A DNA stretch of 41,090 nucleotides from a virus. The stretch lies in the UHGV virus genome UHGV-0314758, one strand, 5' to 3'. The notes under the pieces are model-generated. The model had not been told where the DNA came from, made no database searches, and worked only from the letters and a program-made list of their open reading frames with translations. The number at the start of each line of letters is the position of its first letter. Position 1 is the first letter of the stretch. The position numbers and the translations under genes were made by a program. Positions 36,779 through 41,090 of the stretch are shown here, one piece after another.

Positions 36779-37183
36779 ATGTCCGCATCGCTAACCGCTG
36801 ATACAATAAATCAGGGGCTTAGCTACGGTGCGCTGGCGGCAGTTATCGCCGGTGTACCACCTGAAGTGGCGTTGGGATCGCTGGCCGGGGCGGTAATTTT
36901 TGTTACCTCCGCAGTTGAGTATCCGGTCAAGCGCCGCGTTCTCCTGGCGCTACTCAGCTTTCTCTGCGGTCTTCTCTTCTACAAACCCACAGCATCAATC
37001 CTTATCGGCGTTGCCAGCATGATCCCCACCATCACACAGGACTCGTTCGAGCGGGGTATTGTCTACTCCGCCGGCGCGTTCGTTGCGGCAATTGTCGCGG
37101 TGCGGGTCGGGATATGGCTGTATCACCGCTCTGACAATCCGCGCGATTTAATCCCGGGAGGAAAAGACGATGACAGGCCATGA
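36779..37183 (+). CDS. holin (class I-like, 3-4 TM)
   Basis: MSASLTADTINQGLSYGALAAVIAGVPPEVALGSLAGAVIFV..., with a charged C-terminus. An alternative in-frame GTG at 36770 would give a dual-start holin/antiholin. It is preceded by a 12-codon overlapping mini-ORF (36756-36794) that follows a perfect AAGGAGGT SD. Confidence 0.6.
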   Translation: MSASLTADTINQGLSYGALAAVIAGVPPEVALGSLAGAVIFVTSAVEYPVKRRVLLALLSFLCGLLFYKPTASILIGVASMIPTITQDSFERGIVYSAGAFVAAIVAVRVGIWLYHRSDNPRDLIPGGKDDDRP

Positions 37184-37475
37184 TCTGCTGCTTATCGCTA
37201 ATTCCTGCATCTGCGGCGGGATAGCGCTGCGGGTGATGTTCTTCCAGCGCAACGGATCGCGCCACCGCCGCTGGGGAGGGTGGATAGCCTATTTCCTCAT
37301 AGTGGCGGCGGCCAGTATCCCGCTTCGCACCGCGTACTCATACCTGTACCACTTCCCCATGACCGCAGATCTTTCTGAGGTCGTTATCAATGCTGTGATG
37401 TTCGCCGCGGTGCTGAAGACGCGCGGCAACGTCGTGCAAATCTTCAAGATATCGAGGTCGCAACATGGACATTAA
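37170..37475 (+). CDS. second lysis membrane protein (holin/antiholin-like, 2 TM)
   Basis: 101 aa with starts overlapping on both sides (ATGA couplings). It is hydrophobic. Confidence 0.45.
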   Translation: MTGHDLLLIANSCICGGIALRVMFFQRNGSRHRRWGGWIAYFLIVAAASIPLRTAYSYLYHFPMTADLSEVVINAVMFAAVLKTRGNVVQIFKISRSQHGH

Positions 37476-38094
37476 CGAGTTTCAGAAAGCTGCCGGAGTT
37501 AGCCTGGCGCTGGCCACACGCTGGCATCCGCACATCGTGGCGGCCATGAAAGAGTTTGGCATCGTCAAGCCGTTGGATCAGGCGATGTTTATTGCCCAGG
37601 CCGGGCATGAAAGCACTGGCTTTACCCAGCTCGTTGAGAGCTTCAATTACAGCGTGTCGGGGCTGGCGGGTTTCGTCCGTGCCGGGAGGCTGACGCAGGG
37701 CCAGGCTAATTCCCTCGGGCGCCGACAGGGCGAACCTTCGTTGCCACTGGAGAGGCAGAGGGCCATTGCCAATTTGGTGTACAGCAAACGTATGGGGAAT
37801 AACGGGCCGACCGACGGCTGGTTTTACCGCGGTCGAGGACTTATCCAGACCACGGGACTGAACAACTACCGCGATTGCGGGGCTGCCCTGAAGGTGGATC
37901 TGGTTAAGCAGCCGGAGCTGCTGGCGCAGGACGAGTATGCGGCGCGGAGCGCGGCGTGGTACTTCGTGAAATATGGATGCCTGAAGTACACCGACGACCT
38001 GATGCGCGTCACGCAGATCATCAATGGCGGGCAGAATGGCATCGACGATCGCCGCGTGCGTTACCTGTCGGCCAAGAAGGTGCTGGCATCATGA
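37465..38094 (+). CDS. endolysin, glycoside hydrolase family 19
   Basis: ...FIAQAGHESTGFTQLVE... and ...WFYRGRGLIQTTGLNNYRDCG... match GH19 signature motifs. Confidence 0.8.
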   Translation: MDINEFQKAAGVSLALATRWHPHIVAAMKEFGIVKPLDQAMFIAQAGHESTGFTQLVESFNYSVSGLAGFVRAGRLTQGQANSLGRRQGEPSLPLERQRAIANLVYSKRMGNNGPTDGWFYRGRGLIQTTGLNNYRDCGAALKVDLVKQPELLAQDEYAARSAAWYFVKYGCLKYTDDLMRVTQIINGGQNGIDDRRVRYLSAKKVLAS

Positions 38095-38591
38095 TCACGG
38101 CATTCGTGAAAGCATACTGGAAACAGTTGCTTATCGTGTCGATGCTTGCTGCTCTGGTGGCCGGCGGCGTTGTAGCCTGGAATATTCACGGTGACAGGCA
38201 GTACGACGCCGGTTATGCGCAGGCGAAGGCAGACCGCAAAGCAGAAGATGATAAAGCCAGTCAACATGACGAACAGGAGAAAGCAACCAATGAACGTGAG
38301 GCGCAGCAGAGGATCGACCAGGCGCGCAATGATGCTCTTGATGCTGCCGCTCGCGCTGGCCGGCTGCAGCAGCAGCTCGTTGCCATCCGTGAGCAGCTCA
38401 GGCAGTATAACGCCACTGTCGGCGCTGGGACGTCAGCCGCAGACACCGGAGTTTTGCTTGCCGACGTGTTCGAAAAATCTCTCGAACGAAACCGGCAACT
38501 GGCAGAATACGCTGACCGGGCAGCCGAAGCCGGAAGGGTCTGTGAACGGCAATATGACGAACTGACGAAGCGGGGCACAATTTCCCGGTGA
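38092..38591 (+). CDS. i-spanin (Rz-like)
   Basis: MITAFVKAYWKQLLIVSMLAALVAGGVVAWN... has an N-terminal TM segment followed by a coiled-coil, Ala/Gln-rich periplasmic domain. ATGA-coupled to the endolysin. Confidence 0.65.
38329..38565 (+). CDS. o-spanin (Rz1-like) embedded in the +1 frame of Rz
   Basis: MMLLMLPLALAGCSSSS... has a lipobox LAGC and is Pro/Ser-rich. It lies entirely within the Rz coding sequence. Confidence 0.55.
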   Translation: MMLLMLPLALAGCSSSSLPSVSSSGSITPLSALGRQPQTPEFCLPTCSKNLSNETGNWQNTLTGQPKPEGSVNGNMTN

Positions 38592-38595
38592 CGGT

Positions 38596-38850
38596 ATATA
38601 AAACGGTACGCAGAATTTATAGTTTCATAAACTTGTTTTCAGTCAATTAGTTACGAGCTCTGTAAATAATTGAGTGGGAATGATTAACGGCTACCTTATA
38701 GCTAATCATATCTACTCAAATTGAAATGCAACCCTCTGTTTTTACAGAGGGTTTTTCTTTATATCACATCAACACTATTCACTCTATCTCACATTTTTTG
38801 ACGGTATACCTGACGGTATTACCATTACGGTATACTCTCGTACCGTCAGA
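38596..38850. repeat. attP-like region with ACGGTA(T/C) arm-type repeats
   Basis: Direct repeats gACGGTATa (38598-38606), aACGGTACg (38613-38620), tgACGGTATacc (38799-38810), tgACGGTATtacc (38811-38823), ttACGGTATact (38826-38837), plus the inverted copy GTACCGTcag (38841-38850). They flank an AT-rich core with a terminator, immediately upstream of int. Confidence 0.45.
38732..38760 (+). terminator. rho-independent terminator of lysis operon
   Basis: AACCCTCTG-TTTTTA-CAGAGGGTT followed by TTTTCTTT. Confidence 0.65.
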
Positions 38851-38874
38851 AAAATGATGCATCACGGGTGAAAT

Positions 38875-40125
38875 GTGCTTACCGATACCAAACTCAAAAA
38901 CCTGAAACCGCAGGGCAAAATGTACAAGGTCTCCGATCGCGACGGGCTGTATGTAGCCGTGCTGATCTCAGGCACCATCTCGTTTCGTTACGATTACCGC
39001 ATCAACGGCCGCCGGGAGACGCTGGTTATCGGTCAGTATGGTCGTGACGGTATCACACTGGCTGAAGCCAGGGATGAACTGATAGCGGCTAAAAAGCTGC
39101 TGAACGCAGGCCAGTCGCCGGCTGCGGCGAAGCGTGACGGTATCAAACGGATCCGCGGCGCCGAAACATTTACGGTACATACCGACGCCTACATGAAACA
39201 TGTGGTCCTGGCTGACAGCACGCTGGCTATGAAGCAATCAGTAATCGACAGGGATATTTTGCCTGTTCTCGGAAACAAAATGATGTCCGAGATAACGACC
39301 CCTATGGTGCGTGATCTTTGCGATCGCATAGTCGAGCGCGGCGGACGTGCGACGGCGGTGCAGGCGCGTGAAATCATCAGCAGCGTTTACCGGTATGCCA
39401 ATGACCGCGGGCACGGGTTATTCAACCCAGCCGCAGATATTAAGCCGCTATCTATCGCAAAATTTGAGGAGCGAGAGCGTTTTCTTAATCCAAGGGAAAT
39501 CGGTATTTTCTTCAGAGCCCTGAATGACTTTAGCGCCATGGGGACTTTAAAAATGGCGATCAAACTAGTCCTCATAACCATGGTCCGAAAATCTGAATTC
39601 GTTAACGCAAAATGGTCTGAAATAGATTTCCATCACAGAACATGGACGATCCCGGCTGAGCGCATGAAGAAAAGAAAGGCGCACGTGATTTTCTTGTCTG
39701 ATCAGGCTATGGATCTCCTTGTCGGCTTAAACATGTGCGCTGGTGGGAGTGAATACCTTGTTCCTGGCAGATATGACATTAGGAAGCCGCTTTCTAACGC
39801 AGCGCTAAATTCCCTCATCGACAGGACAGTAAAATCAATTAACGATGCAGGTGAACCATTACAGCGTTTCACCGTGCACGATCTCAGAAGGACATGCAGC
39901 ACCAACTTGCATGAAGCTGATTATCCATCTGACTGGATCGAGATGGGACAGGCCAGAACGCAGAAAGGAACTCGAGGAGTATATAACAAGGCGAAATACG
40001 CAAAGCAGCGGGCCTACATGTTGCAGCAGTGGGCAAATATGGTTGATGCATGGATAAACGGGGAGCATTACGACCTGGTGCCGTTCTCCCCGTCTGCATT
40101 TGAAAAGTGGATGAATGAACAATAG
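38875..40125 (+). CDS. int: tyrosine integrase, P4-type (DUF4102 arm-binding N-terminus)
   Basis: GTG start (MLTDTKLKNLKPQGKMYKVSDRDGLYVAVLISGTISFRYDYRINGRRETLVIGQYG...). It has a C-terminal catalytic domain with R...H-x-x-R...Y. Confidence 0.85.
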   Translation: MLTDTKLKNLKPQGKMYKVSDRDGLYVAVLISGTISFRYDYRINGRRETLVIGQYGRDGITLAEARDELIAAKKLLNAGQSPAAAKRDGIKRIRGAETFTVHTDAYMKHVVLADSTLAMKQSVIDRDILPVLGNKMMSEITTPMVRDLCDRIVERGGRATAVQAREIISSVYRYANDRGHGLFNPAADIKPLSIAKFEERERFLNPREIGIFFRALNDFSAMGTLKMAIKLVLITMVRKSEFVNAKWSEIDFHHRTWTIPAERMKKRKAHVIFLSDQAMDLLVGLNMCAGGSEYLVPGRYDIRKPLSNAALNSLIDRTVKSINDAGEPLQRFTVHDLRRTCSTNLHEADYPSDWIEMGQARTQKGTRGVYNKAKYAKQRAYMLQQWANMVDAWINGEHYDLVPFSPSAFEKWMNEQ

Positions 40126-40141
40126 TCCACCCGGAGGCGGC

Positions 40142-40333
40142 TCATTGTGTCGCCTGCGAAGAATTCTCAAAGAGTCCGCGCAGGAACTTAACCATCGCGT
40201 TTGCAGAATCCCGCTGCTCACGGTAGCGCGCCGCTTCTCTCTGCAGATGAAGGATCTCACCATTCCTCTGGTTGATAATGGCGCGCGCCTCTTCGAGCTG
40301 TCGTATCAGCGAGGCCTCTTCGGCAATATTCAT
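40142..40333 (-). CDS. small coiled-coil hypothetical protein
   Basis: 63 aa, ATGA-coupled to the upstream methyltransferase gene. Confidence 0.4.
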   Translation of the reverse strand: MNIAEEASLIRQLEEARAIINQRNGEILHLQREAARYREQRDSANAMVKFLRGLFENSSQATQ

Positions 40334-40923
40334 GCGGCCTCCGTCTTCACTACCGGCACCGCGCAGCCTGGCAGCAACTCAACCGCTGGCGCTGTGCACT
40401 GATTACCCCACACGTCGAAACCATGTGACGACTGGCGGGCGAAGAGCTCAATGCGCGGGACATCGCCAAGCAATTGCACCAGTTTCTCGCGGATAACGTC
40501 TGGTTTGCGCGAGTTCTCCAGGCGCGGCGCCGTGACGTGCTGGCAAATTGATGCGTCCATGCGGGCCGGTAGTTTCCCGCGCACCGCAAACAGGCAGTCT
40601 TCGCTGTTCGCCCGGGTCATATGGCCCATGCCGATCGCACTGTTCCCTTTGTGCTTGTTCGTCTTGTGCCAGGTGAATCCCTTCATGGTCATTAGGCGGA
40701 ATCCCCAGGCCTCCATGACTTTCAGCGCCTCTACCGGCTGAGTCGGTACCCACCACATAGCCAGAAGGCAGTCTTCGGCGGCGAGCTCCCATACTGGCAG
40801 CCGGCAGATATCCAGAACATTCATCACTGGATACTTGAAACCGGCGCCGCGGTCACCGTCGGCTGCCTTGTCTCGGTATGTCCATGGCGGATCCGCATAG
40901 ATCAGGGTGTATTTTCCGCTCAT
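40330..40923 (-). CDS. MT-A70 family DNA N6-adenine methyltransferase
   Basis: MSGKYTLIYADPPWTYRDKAADGDRGAGFKYPVM... has the DPPW catalytic motif, as in phage Dam-like MTases. Confidence 0.75.
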   Translation of the reverse strand: MSGKYTLIYADPPWTYRDKAADGDRGAGFKYPVMNVLDICRLPVWELAAEDCLLAMWWVPTQPVEALKVMEAWGFRLMTMKGFTWHKTNKHKGNSAIGMGHMTRANSEDCLFAVRGKLPARMDASICQHVTAPRLENSRKPDVIREKLVQLLGDVPRIELFARQSSHGFDVWGNQCTAPAVELLPGCAVPVVKTEAA

Positions 40924-41090
40924 GCTGCACCGCCTTCAACGCGCCTGAACTCGATAACCCAAACCCAACCGTTGGCCTTCCAGCTTTCCTCGCCGTAGAT
41001 GGAGTCCCACAGGCTTCTGAATGAGGACCGATATAGTTGATTCATTTCTACGTAGTGGGGCATGTCATCGGACCAAAACTGGAAAAACTC
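40920..41090 (-). CDS. hypothetical protein (5' end beyond window)
   Basis: The frame ...EFFQFWSDDMPHYVEMNQLYRSSFRSLWDSIYGEESWKANGWVWVIEFRRVEGGAA* is open to the window edge. Its stop overlaps the MTase start as ATGA. Confidence 0.35.
   Translation of the reverse strand, partial: EFFQFWSDDMPHYVEMNQLYRSSFRSLWDSIYGEESWKANGWVWVIEFRRVEGGAA

Overview
The window looks like the near-complete genome of a temperate enterobacterial phage with podovirus-like (epsilon15/phiV10-style) morphogenesis genes and a lambdoid early region. It appears to be drawn as a circular, non-integrated form, because I recognised no host genes at either edge.

Gene layout, left to right:
- 1-3500 (minus strand): leftward early operon with an ASCH protein, small ORFs, an AlpA/Vis-like gene, RecT and a YqaJ-like exonuclease.
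- 3555-4458: immunity region. A tandem-HTH repressor with no LexA-like cleavage domain is flanked by OL- and OR-like clusters of a 15-bp palindrome, TTACC-N5-GGTAA, and followed by a cro-like gene.
- 4879-9915: replication genes (a DUF1376/DnaT-like protein and a lambda P-like helicase loader) plus small 'nin-like' genes.
- 9953-10304: a LexA box in front of a small gene, then a terminator and another copy of the palindrome in front of the late operon.
- 10325-30013: late operon with terminase small and large subunits, portal, scaffold, capsid, tail and injection proteins including one with an SLT transglycosylase domain. It is interrupted between TerL and the portal by a minus-strand moron carrying a tRNA-Arg(UCU) and a Zn-ribbon gene.
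- 29967-31162: an IS5 copy flanked by a CTAG target duplication.
- 31177-33710: an AT-rich secreted moron, a hicBA-like toxin-antitoxin pair, a Bro-N antirepressor, and a second LexA box in front of a small paralogue of the antirepressor C-terminus.
- 33813-38591: mosaic tailspike, then a lysis cassette (holin, second membrane protein, GH19 endolysin, Rz with embedded Rz1).
- 38596-41090: attP-like region with ACGGTA repeats, a P4-type integrase, and an MT-A70 methyltransferase.

The most notable feature is the 15-bp palindrome. It forms the OL/OR clusters but is also scattered at about ten further promoter-proximal intergenic sites: the late operon, the tRNA moron, hicBA, the antirepressor region, the tailspike, and possibly int. 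This resembles a genome-wide operator or 'stoperator' network.

Combined with the two LexA boxes and the repressor lacking a peptidase domain, this suggests SOS induction through an antirepressor.
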